NCBI GenBank assembly: GCA_004431415.1
Contig: QPMI01000693.1
Coordinates: forward strand, 33,645-97,644
Direction: 5' to 3'
DNA: 64,000 nt
Source of the DNA: Cyanophora paradoxa CCMP329
Lineage: Eukaryota; Plantae; Glaucophyta
Under the pieces are notes generated by a model. That model had not been told where the DNA came from. It did no database searches and saw nothing but the letters and a program-made list of their open reading frames with translations. A program made the position numbers and the translations under genes. Each line of letters begins with the position of its first letter. Within the stretch, counting starts at the first letter, position 1. Positions 22,947-34,431 of this stretch are shown piece after piece.

Positions 22947-23392
22947 ACGCACTTTAAAAAGGGTCTTTTTGCAAACCTCACAGAATCGTGTAGGTTTATG
23001 TTTCAATCTACGCAAACAGCTACAATGTCCTGTATAGGTAGTTTTGAGAGTAAAAACTTTTAACAATTTGTTAAACGCACTTTAAAAAGGGTCTTTTTTG
23101 CAAATCTCCACAGAATTGTGTAGGTTTATGTTTCGACCTACGCAACAGCTACAATGTCCGACATGTCGCAAACAGTCCACACATCCATTTATGGTCGAAT
23201 CTAATGATGCTACATATGGATTCGTCGGAAAAGAGAATTAACATAATGCTCATAGAAAAACCTTAATATACTCTCTTTTTCCGGCTTACTAAAATAACAA
23301 ATGCACTTTTGGGGAATATTCCATTTTGTATGTGGAAATATCGCGAGAATTATTTATTTAAAAGAAAACTGATATATAATGGTTAAGCTAAA

Positions 23393-24748
23393 ATGCCTGC
23401 AAGACTCACAAAAGAGATTTTTGTAGAAAGAGCGAAAGCAAAGCATGGCGACAAATACGGATTTGATAAAACCGTTTTTACCAAAGGAACCGAGAAAGTA
23501 AAAATATTCTGCTTTGAATGTAATGAATACTTTGACATTTCAGCTAAGAGTTTTTTAAATAAGAATGGACATAAGAAATGTGGAATTAAAAGAAGAGCTG
23601 ATAAAAGACGTTCAAACTTAAACGCTTTTATTACTTCTGCACAGTCCATACATGGAGATAAGTATAACTACGACAGTGTGGAATATGTTAGTAGCACAAA
23701 TGAGGTTACCATTAAGTGTCTTTCTTGCAATGAAGTTTTTTCACAGACCCCACGAGACCATTTAAGGGGACATGGTTGTAAAGAGTGTGGAAACCGAACA
23801 GCGGGAGATAAAAAAAGAAACACAAAAGAAGATTTTGTGGAAAAGGCGCGAGAAATTCATGGACTAAAATATGGATTTGATAAGGTTGTTTATACGAAAG
23901 CAAGTGAAAAGGTTAATATTTACTGCTCTGAATGTAATGAATACTTCTTAGCGACTCCCAATCATCTGATAAATGGTCGAGGTCATAAAAAATGTGGAAT
24001 ACAGAGAAGAGCCAATAAACGACGCTCTGACATTGCAACTCTTTTAGATTCCGCCCGTTCCATCCATGGTGATAAATATGATTACTCAAAGGTAAAATTT
24101 GGAACTATTGCAAAGAAAGTGATCATAACTTGTAAAAAATGCAATAGTGACTTTTCCCAAACTTTGGGTAGTCACATTGGGAGCAAAACAGGATGTCCGA
24201 AATGCGGACGCAAAACAGTGGGACTTAAAAATAGAAATTCTACACTCGAAGTTATTGAAAGGTTTAAAGAAATTCATGGTGATCTTTTCGATTATTCAAA
24301 TGTCGAATTTGTCACAATGCGAACACCTGTGAAAATAAAGTGTAATTCATGTGAATCCCTTTTCGAAAGAACACCCCACGAACACTGTCGGAGCGGTTGC
24401 CCCAAATGCAAACGTGGTATTTCAAAAGGAGAGAAAGAAGTTCAAAAAGTGTTAGACTCTTTAAAAATAGAATATTCACAACAGTTTTGTTTTAAAGATT
24501 GTCGCCATAAACAGCCTCTCAAATTTGATTTTTATATCCCTTCTTTAAGATTTGGGATTGAATATGACGGAGAACAGCATTTTTACCCAATCGAGCGGTT
24601 TAATGGAGAGGAAGGACTAAGACTGACACAGATAAGAGATGGAATAAAAAACAGATACTGTGAGACCAACAACATTAGACTTTTAAGGATACCATATACT
24701 GAAAAAGACATTAAAGGATGTATCGACAACTTCTTAAAAAACCTCTGA
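23393..24748 (+). CDS. Homing-endonuclease-like protein: five DUF723-like zinc-ribbon repeats plus C-terminal Vsr/EDxHD-type nuclease
   Basis: Five HG(D/L)x(Y/F)...CxxC...G(C/H)xxC repeats, then SKGE...FDFYIP...IEYDGEQH...RDGIKN...LLRIPY. Confidence 0.85.
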   Translation: MPARLTKEIFVERAKAKHGDKYGFDKTVFTKGTEKVKIFCFECNEYFDISAKSFLNKNGHKKCGIKRRADKRRSNLNAFITSAQSIHGDKYNYDSVEYVSSTNEVTIKCLSCNEVFSQTPRDHLRGHGCKECGNRTAGDKKRNTKEDFVEKAREIHGLKYGFDKVVYTKASEKVNIYCSECNEYFLATPNHLINGRGHKKCGIQRRANKRRSDIATLLDSARSIHGDKYDYSKVKFGTIAKKVIITCKKCNSDFSQTLGSHIGSKTGCPKCGRKTVGLKNRNSTLEVIERFKEIHGDLFDYSNVEFVTMRTPVKIKCNSCESLFERTPHEHCRSGCPKCKRGISKGEKEVQKVLDSLKIEYSQQFCFKDCRHKQPLKFDFYIPSLRFGIEYDGEQHFYPIERFNGEEGLRLTQIRDGIKNRYCETNNIRLLRIPYTEKDIKGCIDNFLKNL

Positions 24749-25150
24749 AAAAGCGATATTTCCACATACAAAATGGAATATTCCCCAAAAGTGCATTTGT
24801 TATTTTAGTAAGCCGGAAAAAGAGAGTATATTAAGGTTTTTCTATGAGCATTATGTTAATTCTCTTTTCCGACGAATCCATATGTAGCATCATTAGATTC
24901 GACCATAAATGGATGTGTGGACTGTTTGCGACATGTCGGACATTGTAGCTGTTGCGTAGGTCGAAACATAAACCTACACAATTCTGTGGAGATTTGCAAA
25001 AAAGACCCTTTTTAAAGTGCGTTTAACAAATTGTTAAAAGTTTTTACTCTCAAAACTACCTATACAGGACATTGTAGCTGTTTGCGTAGATTGAAACATA
25101 AACCTACACGATTCTGTGAGGTTTGCAAAAAGACCCTTTTTAAAGTGCGT

Positions 25151-25468
25151 TTAACAAGAGGTTACACATTGTGATATTCTTCGTTTTGCTAATTTCTCTT
25201 GGAGACGTTCCCTAACAGATCCCGTGACTGTATTATGATATTCAGTATTTCTATTATCAGCATCAAATGACAAAAGCATGTTTTGAAAAAGGTCTTTTAA
25301 TTTTTGCTTCCTTGATGGTTTTCGTATTTCAGTGTTACCATAAGCGATTTGGGTAAACTCTTTACAAAAGTCTTCGAATTTATCCATACATCTGTTTTCC
25401 GGATTCTCAAAGAATCGCGTATAAAAAAGAAGGGCGTCATGCTCTCTGATAGCGTAGAAGATCTTCAT
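25151..25468 (-). CDS. Hypothetical protein, 105 aa, right arm
   Basis: Mirror of 22629-22946. Confidence 0.6.
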   Translation of the reverse strand: MKIFYAIREHDALLFYTRFFENPENRCMDKFEDFCKEFTQIAYGNTEIRKPSRKQKLKDLFQNMLLSFDADNRNTEYHNTVTGSVRERLQEKLAKRRISQCVTSC

Positions 25469-25532
25469 TTTAAATGTTTCTTTTTGTTTCTATTAATCAT
25501 GTGTTAAAATTGTTTTTATATTATTCAGCGTG

Positions 25533-25757
25533 TTAGATTCTCTGAATTCTGACCTTTACGCCTTTTGGAACCTTAACAGTGATGCATTCCGATGGTTCGA
25601 CACGCTGTTTTTTCTTGTATAAATCAGGGTAGGTTCTCTCATAGTATTCTCGTATTCCTTTTAAGTCCATCTTGCGTGCAAGTGGTTTTAACTCTTCCGG
25701 AAGGTCTTTAATGAGATATTCACCCATGTCGATGCGTTCGGGGAGTTTGCAAGCCAT
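25533..25757 (-). CDS. Small hypothetical protein, 74 aa (left copy 22341-22564 with indel)
   Basis: MACKLPERID..., preceded by AAAAATGA. Confidence 0.55.
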   Translation of the reverse strand: MACKLPERIDMGEYLIKDLPEELKPLARKMDLKGIREYYERTYPDLYKKKQRVEPSECITVKVPKGVKVRIQRI

Positions 25758-26282
25758 CTTAATTATCAAATGAATATATCACAACAACCTTATATGTAGT
25801 TAAGATGTCATTTTTTCACTTTTTCCGATGTCTTACCTACATTCTATAACGCCAACAAATGATAACAAGAGAGAACATGTGATATCTATGTATTAATAAG
25901 AAGGTTACGTTAAGGTTACACAAGTTACGCAAGGAGAAACGTTACGTAACCCAAAATAATAGAGAAATGACACCATAATGTCGTAGAGGTTACGCAAGTT
26001 ACGCGGTTACGCAAGTTTTAGACCTTCACCTATAAAAAGACCCCCCTCCAAATTTTCAGAAAGAATTCAAAAAGTTGCGTAACCGTAACTCACAGCTGTG
26101 AAATAAAGAGAAATTCGGTATATCAATACTGAAAATGGTAACAAATTAACGGAACCGCTACGTAACCTCTCTGAGTAACTCCGAGTAACTCCGAGTAACC
26201 TTAAAGTAACCTTCTATTAAGAACCGAGTCTTACGGTTCATGATCATAAAAAAGATATCAATAGTATATTTTCCAATAAGTT

Positions 26283-29162
26283 TTATTCCACATCTTCGTC
26301 ATCGTCTTCAAAATCGTTAGCGCGGTTCTTTGTGAGACCGAGATAAACACGCTTCGATTTTCCACCAACCTTTTTTACAGTCGAGCCGATCTTAAACACC
26401 TCCATCACCTTATTGCTTACAGCTCGTCCTGTTATCGCTGCTCTTCTATCAACATCTCTCATCGTATTTGAGCAATCCTTAAACAGATCGTCACATATTA
26501 TGTATTTCGTGTTATCCTCCGCCAAAGCGTAGTTGTCCCTTAGGAATGTGCCGATACGGTCGCTGTCCGCGAGATAATTAGCGGAATGTTCGAGGATGCA
26601 TTTGGGCGGATGGTCGATTATATGATTAACATCATGGTTTTTAAGCATGTCTATGAGAATCTCCATGTTTGCCCTGCGCCATTCACCATTTACGTCATTA
26701 TCGGGATTCAACAACCCGGTAAGGTCTTTATCCGCTTTCTTCTGTCCGGGCTTAGGTTCGACGGCATAGACCTGCTGAAATGGAACAGAACGGAAGCGGC
26801 GCGCTACTGCATTGTCGGGCTGATCAAATTCGAGGTTATTATTACAGAGGATGACGATAACAAACATCGGAACGAATGAAATGGGTTCTCTGAAAAGGGT
26901 TCTTACTGTGATCTCATCACAACCTGTGAAATTCTTGATTTGTCCCGACAACAGTTTGCTACCCGTGTTTGGTTCGTTTGTATGGACGAGCCTAACACCT
27001 TGCTTATTCGCAAGTTCCGGAATCATTCCATTACCTTTATCCTCCTTCGTGAAAATCCCAATGCTCATATTTCGTGAGTAGTCGCCAAATGTCTTATGCA
27101 TGAAATTTTCGATTACGCTCTTTCCGTTCGAGCCGATACCCGTAAACATATAGAAAAACTGCATGTTATTTTTACCCGTTAGAGACTTGGCATAAACAGC
27201 CTTAATGTATCTTGCAAGTTCGACATTGTCACCTGTGATATCCATGTAGAAGTCATTGAGTCGTTTGACCTTCTCAGGATCCACCGGAATATCATAGTTA
27301 TAACAGACTGTCTTAGTCATCATATCAGAAGAACGACCATTACGGAACTCAAACGTGTTAAGATCATAAACGCCATCGTCAAAGCCAACAACATTCGCGA
27401 CTGAATCCAACCTATCGGCAAATGTCTCATCGTAAAGGTCATGAGAGAGATATGTAAGAAGTCCTTTCGTGTAACCTCCACAGTTAAGTTTTTGCGCAAT
27501 TTTTGCACAGGCGGCTGCCTTTACTGCGAATTCCTTTTTATCGCTCTGTTCCTCCGCCTTTGCCGCCTTGGTAGCCAATGGTTCTCCCGGTCTAAGTATG
27601 CTTTCCGACAACCTCACCGATAAGAGTTATCATACCACCATCATACTTATTATCTACCTTCCAAAATCCGGTTTTCTCATTCAGGATCAACCACAGACCA
27701 CGTGAAAACCGCACTTTGTAGCCAATTAATGCTTTACAGATCTTGCTAACAGGAAGTGGGAGACCTTGACTTAATAGCGTCTTATCCATTTCTAATTTGA
27801 TTTGAGCCATCTTATCATTCATGGCGCTAACATCGGAATAGTCATTCTCATCCATACACACCTCCTCATCGATAAATGCAAACTGTCGGCTTGGTTTAAA
27901 CAGTCCATAATACGTGTCCGGGTTATCCTCTCTCAGATAATGCACAAGTGAGCCGAAAGTTATAGTTTTGTTTTCGGAACCGGATTTTTTGCCTTTGCGG
28001 ATACTCATCCATTTGTTCGCGCATTCATCATAATCATACTTAGGGCTTTTCTCGGAGTATTCGTGAAACAGCGCCTCCTGTTTCGTGGGTGGTATATTGT
28101 TTTCCTCTCCAACATTCGCGATTGCGAAACCAACATTAAGCCAACCTTCGTATGTATCCGATCTTTCAGCACTAAGACCCATCACGACTTCTCTCAGTTT
28201 CTCAAATGAAACGTTATTAGACTCCTCCGGCTGCTCTTCACTCTCCGTTTTCTTTGTTGTTTTTTTGCTTGTCGTCGCCGTCTCCTTCTTCTTTGTTGTG
28301 GTCTCCTTCTTGGTCGTCTCCTTCTTGGTCGTCTCCTTCTTGGTTTCAGTCTTGCCTTCCTCCTTCATTTGCTCTTTTGCAACTTCCGCCTTTGCCGACC
28401 GTTCGTTTTTCTCATCTTGGGTTAGGTTAGCATCAAACATATACATGTTTGATTCATCGATAAGCACAGTGGGCAATCCGTGAATTGCGCGAAAAAGTCG
28501 CTGTCATACATGGTTTCACAATCCACGAATTTGGTAAATACTACATCCTTATCAACATCGCGTTTAGTCTTGTTTTGGGAATCCAACCATTTACCCTTGC
28601 AACTACCCAGACAAACAAGCGCCTGCCTTGTCTTATAAACGAGTGGGTCATAATCCACCTTTGGCGTTAGTCCGATTACATTTAAGAATTTCGGGATGTC
28701 TTCATGACGACAGCACAGATCGGTAAAGACGAAATGCCCCGATACCTTAAATTGGGTCACATCTTCCTTAACGAAATGGACAGGACGATGACGCACTGAA
28801 ACAGCAATGGTAGCACCGGTGAGTTCGTGTAGTCTGTTGCGCATCTCACGGATGAATTCATCGGCTTCCTTGTAGTTATCGGCAACATCCGGTTTAAGAT
28901 CCACATAGCCGTCATAATCCAGATAGACACGGGTAATTTCGTTTGGCTGAATGCATTCGGCGTAGGTCGGTTTTTTTCCTTTCTTCAAATCATCATTAAT
29001 CCTTTCCGTAATCTGATGGTCGAAATACTCTATGACAGTCTCGCTGTCAGTATTCGGAGTGAGACAATGGAGAAATGACCCCCAATTATGTTTCTCAGGT
29101 GTAAATTTGCACAGGTTACCGAGTCTCTCACAGGGAGTTGCGATTTTCGTGTTAGCGTTCAT
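26283..29162 (-). CDS. AEP-D5 primase-helicase, right arm, split by three 1-bp deletions at different sites
   Basis: Mirror copy. Combining both arms gives one 2883-nt ORF. Confidence 0.9.
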
Positions 29163-29340
29163 TTTCAGCGATTGGTTCTTAACTTTCTCAAAGAAAATAA
29201 TCCGAGGAATTGATGAATTCCTTTTTACCTTATCTTCTCAGCAAGTCCTTAAATGCTTTTCGGTTGCCCACGGCACTTTAATGATTTGGCTTAGGTTATA
29301 AAAAGAGAAAGTAAAGCGTCATTTTTTCACCTCCTACCAA

Positions 29341-29790
29341 TCAATTCGCTACGATTTTTTCCGATGATGCATCGGGATTACAAGTATTGTATTTACGAGG
29401 TCGTCCCCCTTTCTTTGCCGTCTCTTGCTCAGTTACCTTAGAAGCCTTTTCGAGGCGTTTCCGTTCTTGGTAGTTCCGCGTTATCTCTTTCCTTCTATTC
29501 CTAAATTTTTCATCCTCCGCATATCGCCGCTGAATATACAAAGCCATCTTTTCCAATCTCTCCGGTGGATTAACTGTTTTCTCACCATTTGCGATTCTTT
29601 GTTGTTTCATCTCCTGATACTTTACACGCTTCCTCTCCGCATCTTTTGCCCTTCTTATTCTTGCCTTTTCTTCCCGTTCTTCCTCAGTCAATCCTGTTTT
29701 TTCCTTCTTTATATTCCTTTCAACCGGTGGGACAGGTTCCCCATTCTGAATAGCGAAAAGCTCTTGGTTTGATTTCCGAGTATTCGCCAT
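29341..29790 (-). CDS. Basic coiled-coil AT-hook protein, right arm
   Basis: Intact mirror copy. Confidence 0.65.
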   Translation of the reverse strand: MANTRKSNQELFAIQNGEPVPPVERNIKKEKTGLTEEEREEKARIRRAKDAERKRVKYQEMKQQRIANGEKTVNPPERLEKMALYIQRRYAEDEKFRNRRKEITRNYQERKRLEKASKVTEQETAKKGGRPRKYNTCNPDASSEKIVAN

Positions 29791-31824
29791 TATTCCTCTA
29801 TATAAGAGTTAGATAATATCCCTTTCACTTCTCTTTTAAGTCAAACCCTTAAATACCTTTCTGTGTTTTACAGCGTCAATTTTTGGACATCAACCGTAAA
29901 ACTTGTAACAAAATTTTCAATCTGTAACAGTAAAGTGTAACATGGAAGGCATCGAATACATTGAAATTGTAACGGATGAAATGGAAATGGGCGAATATCA
30001 ACATGAGATGGGCAAATATCAACATGAGATGGGCGAATATCAACATGGGATGGGCAAATATCAACATGAGATGGGCGAATATCAACATGAGATGTCCATG
30101 TGGAAGCGTATTTAATGCATAGTTACAGGTTAAGTAATGACGGTGATTATACACCTTCCGATGTAATCCATGCTGAAATAGAAGAGCTTATAGACTTTCC
30201 GATTTCAAAAACAGCCATCGGAATCGTGATTAAGCGCATTTTCGGGATTAAATCACATGCTGTAAGAATTGATGGCGTTCTTAAAAGAGTGTTCGACATT
30301 GAGAAACTCTAAGTTAATTAAAGAAACTGTAACAGATAGTAGCACAACCCAATGAATTTAAACGATATATTGAAACTTATAGAATCGATTTCGCCATATC
30401 CCGTAGTCAATGCATCAGATAAACTGAATGATAAGAATTATACGAAATTCTTAATGAAAGCCAACGAAAGACAGATTATATACTTTATTCAACAGAACCG
30501 CAAGAATAAAGGGGTATTTGATGCATGGAAAGAAAAGGCGGGATATCATGCCCTTCAACCTATTCGTTTTGCATTATCATATAAACATCGTTACATGTTA
30601 GTCCATATCTTGATGACGAGAACACCAAATGGTTTGTAGAAATCATTATTAAATCATTCGCGAGGGAAAACTTTGAGAGTCCGAATGAAACATGTCCTAT
30701 CTGTCTTGAAAACATTGACACCAATGTAAGTAATAAAGGCTGTATCGTTTGCAATACACTAGTTTGTCCTAAGTGTTTCCTCTCTTCACTTGAATCACAT
30801 GAGAATGCTAAGTGTTCAGTTTGTAGAACTAAGCTATTTTTTGACGGAATGGAAGCATTAGAGCCTAAGTTATATGCAAATGAATAAGAAAGATGAATGT
30901 TAAATAATAAGGTTACGTTAAGGTTACACAAGTTACGTAGATAAAAACGTTACGTAACCCAAAATAATAGAGAAATGACACCATAATGTCGTAGAGGTTA
31001 CGCAAGTTACGCGGTTACGCAAGTTTTCACTATTTTATCTGAGAAAGACCCCCCGCCATTTTTTAAAAAGAATTCAAAAAGTTGCGTAACCGTAACCGCC
31101 AGTGTTAAAAATACTAAATCTCCTGTATTATAACACTGAAAGTCGTCTTGCAATTGTGAAATATCTACGTAGCCTGTTGCGTAACTCATCTGTAACTTCT
31201 TGTAACCTCTATGTAACCGATGCAAAAAATGACAACCCGCCAAAATAGACAGTGTAACCTACAATGACTTCACGGATTCCCGACGCTTTCATAGAACAGC
31301 TTCAAAATCCCGATTTATCACAGGATGACCGCAGTAGCATTATTTACGAGAATCTTGTTAAGAAAAACGATGGGTGTAATATCAACCAACTACCCGGATA
31401 TTTACAGAGAGAGTTTAAAAAGAAGGTTTCCCGATTCATTGATTTCGATGAGAACACACCCAGGGAAATATCGAAAGCGATTCAAAGGGGAAGGCACGAC
31501 ATGATGGTAGCGTTATTACATTCAGATTGAGACAGAAGCTTGAAAAACGCACACAGAAGTAATAAAAAACATCGATGAAATTCACATGGTCTTAATTTTA
31601 GCGATTGTATTCACTACATCTATCATTACATCGATTGCATCAATATACTGTTTAACATTTTGTAGTCTTTCATGGTCTTGTCTTTTTGTGTGTTTAAGGT
31701 CAATCTCCCGATGGATAAGCTCAATCTTCTTATTATGCAATGTCGCCAAAGTCACCAATGTCCATTATTCATTTTCTCTTTCATGTCAGAGCGGAAAAAC
31801 TTTTATCTTCCATCAATTTTTACA

Positions 31825-32301
31825 TTAATCACGTTGCGTCTTTATGTCATTACGACAGATCGGACATTTAAAGCTCTCTGATCTCTTCAACTGTAAATAG
31901 CATGTGTTGCACATTTTGGCGAAACATGTCAAACAAGACATTTGTATTTTACTTTTACAATCATCGAGACATATGACGCACTCCTTAGTTTCATTAGATT
32001 CAGTAGGAAGGTTAGCAGACCATTTAGAGATGATCTTAGAGATAAACGATTTACACGATGTTTCAGTTAGAACCGGAACAAGAATATAGTGAGTCTCTAA
32101 TGTGAGAAAGCAGACGAAACGGGTATTAGGTGAATATCCCGAGTTTTTACGAAACATTTCGAAATACGCACGATATTTAGTATCATACGGCACAATACAG
32201 ATAGTGTTAGGGTTTGCCTTCTTTAAAGATAGCTCAGCATCGATGAGAACGGGAATATGGGTAATACTCTTAATGTAGGTCAGGATATCGAACGCGTTCA
32301 T
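31825..32301 (-). CDS. RING-finger protein 1, right arm
   Basis: Intact mirror copy. Confidence 0.8.
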   Translation of the reverse strand: MNAFDILTYIKSITHIPVLIDAELSLKKANPNTICIVPYDTKYRAYFEMFRKNSGYSPNTRFVCFLTLETHYILVPVLTETSCKSFISKIISKWSANLPTESNETKECVICLDDCKSKIQMSCLTCFAKMCNTCYLQLKRSESFKCPICRNDIKTQRD

Positions 32302-32858
32302 ATTGTATATTCCGCTGTATCTCACTTATTGTTTAAGTTTTAAGATTTGCTTCATTTTTTCATCGCTTCACAAGTGGATCCTATCGCTTCTCATAACACG
32401 ATCAAATGTATCACACCGCTACCGTTTGATAACAGATGAATTTTAGATGTTATAATAAGGTTACGTTAAGGTTACACAGGTTACGTAAGAAAAAACGTTA
32501 CGTAACCTTAAAAATACCAAAAAGACACCATAAATCTCGTCAGGTTACGCAAGTTACGCGGTTACGCAAGTTTTAGACCTCCACCTATAAAAAGACCCCC
32601 CGCCATTTTTTTAAAAAGAATTCAAAAAGTTGCGTAACCGTAACCTCCCTGTATCTAAATGGTTATTTTTATCGATTACCACACTGAAAATGGTATGGTT
32701 TATCGAAAAATCACTACGTAACCTCACCTGTAACCCCGCGTAACCAAGTGTAACCGCCGTGTAACCGTTGTGTAACCGCAACTTTCCAATTGTTTAACCA
32801 AAACTTTACAGAGAAGGATTTATGAAAAATTGACAATCTTTTGAACATCTGATTACAA

Positions 32859-33320
32859 ATGGATCAATTCATTTATTTCGGAAACACCACAAACGAGCCG
32901 CACCATTACTACGGCGCTTTCTTATTGGATATAAGCAACCTCCGTAATACTTGTTTCAGATCAATATTTGATATCAAAGATTGTGGCGTTAAATTCGATG
33001 GTGACACAGGGTATTGGTTTGTTTCACACAAGTTTCATAGAATCTTAAAACACTTTCCTACAATAAACCCCACTGTTATCGATCCTGATTATCATAATCG
33101 CCCGAAACGTCTATATTTCGTTGGTGACATTAAAACTAAACTACCTGAAATAGAAGCTAAACGTATATTTACCCAGGCATCATTACGTAAATACATTAAA
33201 AACCAAGGCGCTTTATTTGATAAGCGACACCGTCTATGGTATGTCACCGATCCTGAAAATGAGATATGCAAGATCTTTAAGATGTTCGATTGTGATCATC
33301 TAACATCTCTACGTGGTTAA
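32859..33320 (+). CDS. DUF5710-like repeat protein, right arm
   Basis: Intact mirror copy with one D-to-G substitution. Confidence 0.6.
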   Translation: MDQFIYFGNTTNEPHHYYGAFLLDISNLRNTCFRSIFDIKDCGVKFDGDTGYWFVSHKFHRILKHFPTINPTVIDPDYHNRPKRLYFVGDIKTKLPEIEAKRIFTQASLRKYIKNQGALFDKRHRLWYVTDPENEICKIFKMFDCDHLTSLRG

Positions 33321-33756
33321 AGATAAGCAATTATCATATATCATTTTTAGTTATCATGATATCATAGTATAACAATGATTAAATGTAAGAATAACAAGGT
33401 TACGTTAAGGTTACACAAGTTACGTAAGTAAAAACGTTACGTAACCTAAATAATAGAGAAATGACACCATAATGTCGTAGAGGTTACGCAAGTTACGTGG
33501 TTACGCAAGTTTTAGACCTTCACCTATAAAAAGACCCCCAGCCAAATTTTCAGAAAGAATTCAAAAAGTTGCGTAACCGTAACTCACAGTGACAAAATAA
33601 CGATAAATCAACCATTTTAACACTGAGAATGGTCTTAGTAATCGTAAAATCTCTACGTAACCCATCACGTAACTCCATGTAACTTTTAAACATTAACGTA
33701 ACCTTCACATTAAATTAAGATCGAATACATAGAAGAGCAAAACAGTTTAATACAAG

Positions 33757-34431
33757 CAATTCGACAAAATGCACATCAGATACAATTTTGTAACGGTAAA
33801 AAACAGAATCCCATTTTATCAATTGTTTAATTGGACATAATGCAACTCAGTGACACTTTTTATTATTTTTATCTCGTCAATCTCTTCAAATGTTTAATTG
33901 GACATAATACACCACAGACACAATTTTATAACGGTAAAAAACAGAATCCCATTTTATCAATTGTTTAATTAGACATAATGCAGTAACGAGTGAATTATTT
34001 TCATCCCATATTCCATCAGTTGTTTAATTCGACATAATGCAGTAACGAGTGAATTATTTTCATCCGATATTTCATCGATTGTTTAATTGGACATAATGCA
34101 GTAACGAGTGAATTATTTTCATCCGATATTCCATCAATTGTTTAATCGGACATAATGCAGTAACGAGTGAATTATTTTCATCCGATATCTCAACGATTGT
34201 TTAATTGGACATAATGCACATCAGACACAATTTTATCACAGTAAAAAACAGAATCCCATTTTATCAATTGTTTAATTGGACATAATGCAGTAATCATGTA
34301 TTCCAACAAAATACACAGCAATCTCAATGATTGTTTAAAAGGACATAATGCACATCAGATACAATTTTATAACGGTAAAAAACAGAATCCCATTATATCA
34401 ACTGTTTAATTGGACATAATGCAACTCAGTG
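33757..34431 (-). repeat. Sub-terminal tandem array, right arm
   Basis: Reverse complement of 1965-2637. Confidence 0.88.

Larger units (their letters stand above)
12985..23344 (+). repeat. Left arm of ~10.36 kb inverted repeat
   Basis: Reverse complement of 24753-35118, with the same ORFs mirrored. Identity stops at ...GGAAATATCGC (23344). Confidence 0.95.

Noticed and set aside
19194-28476. Separate primase, PriCT and helicase genes or programmed frameshifts
   Set aside because: The breaks are at different homopolymers in each arm, and the consensus is one ORF.
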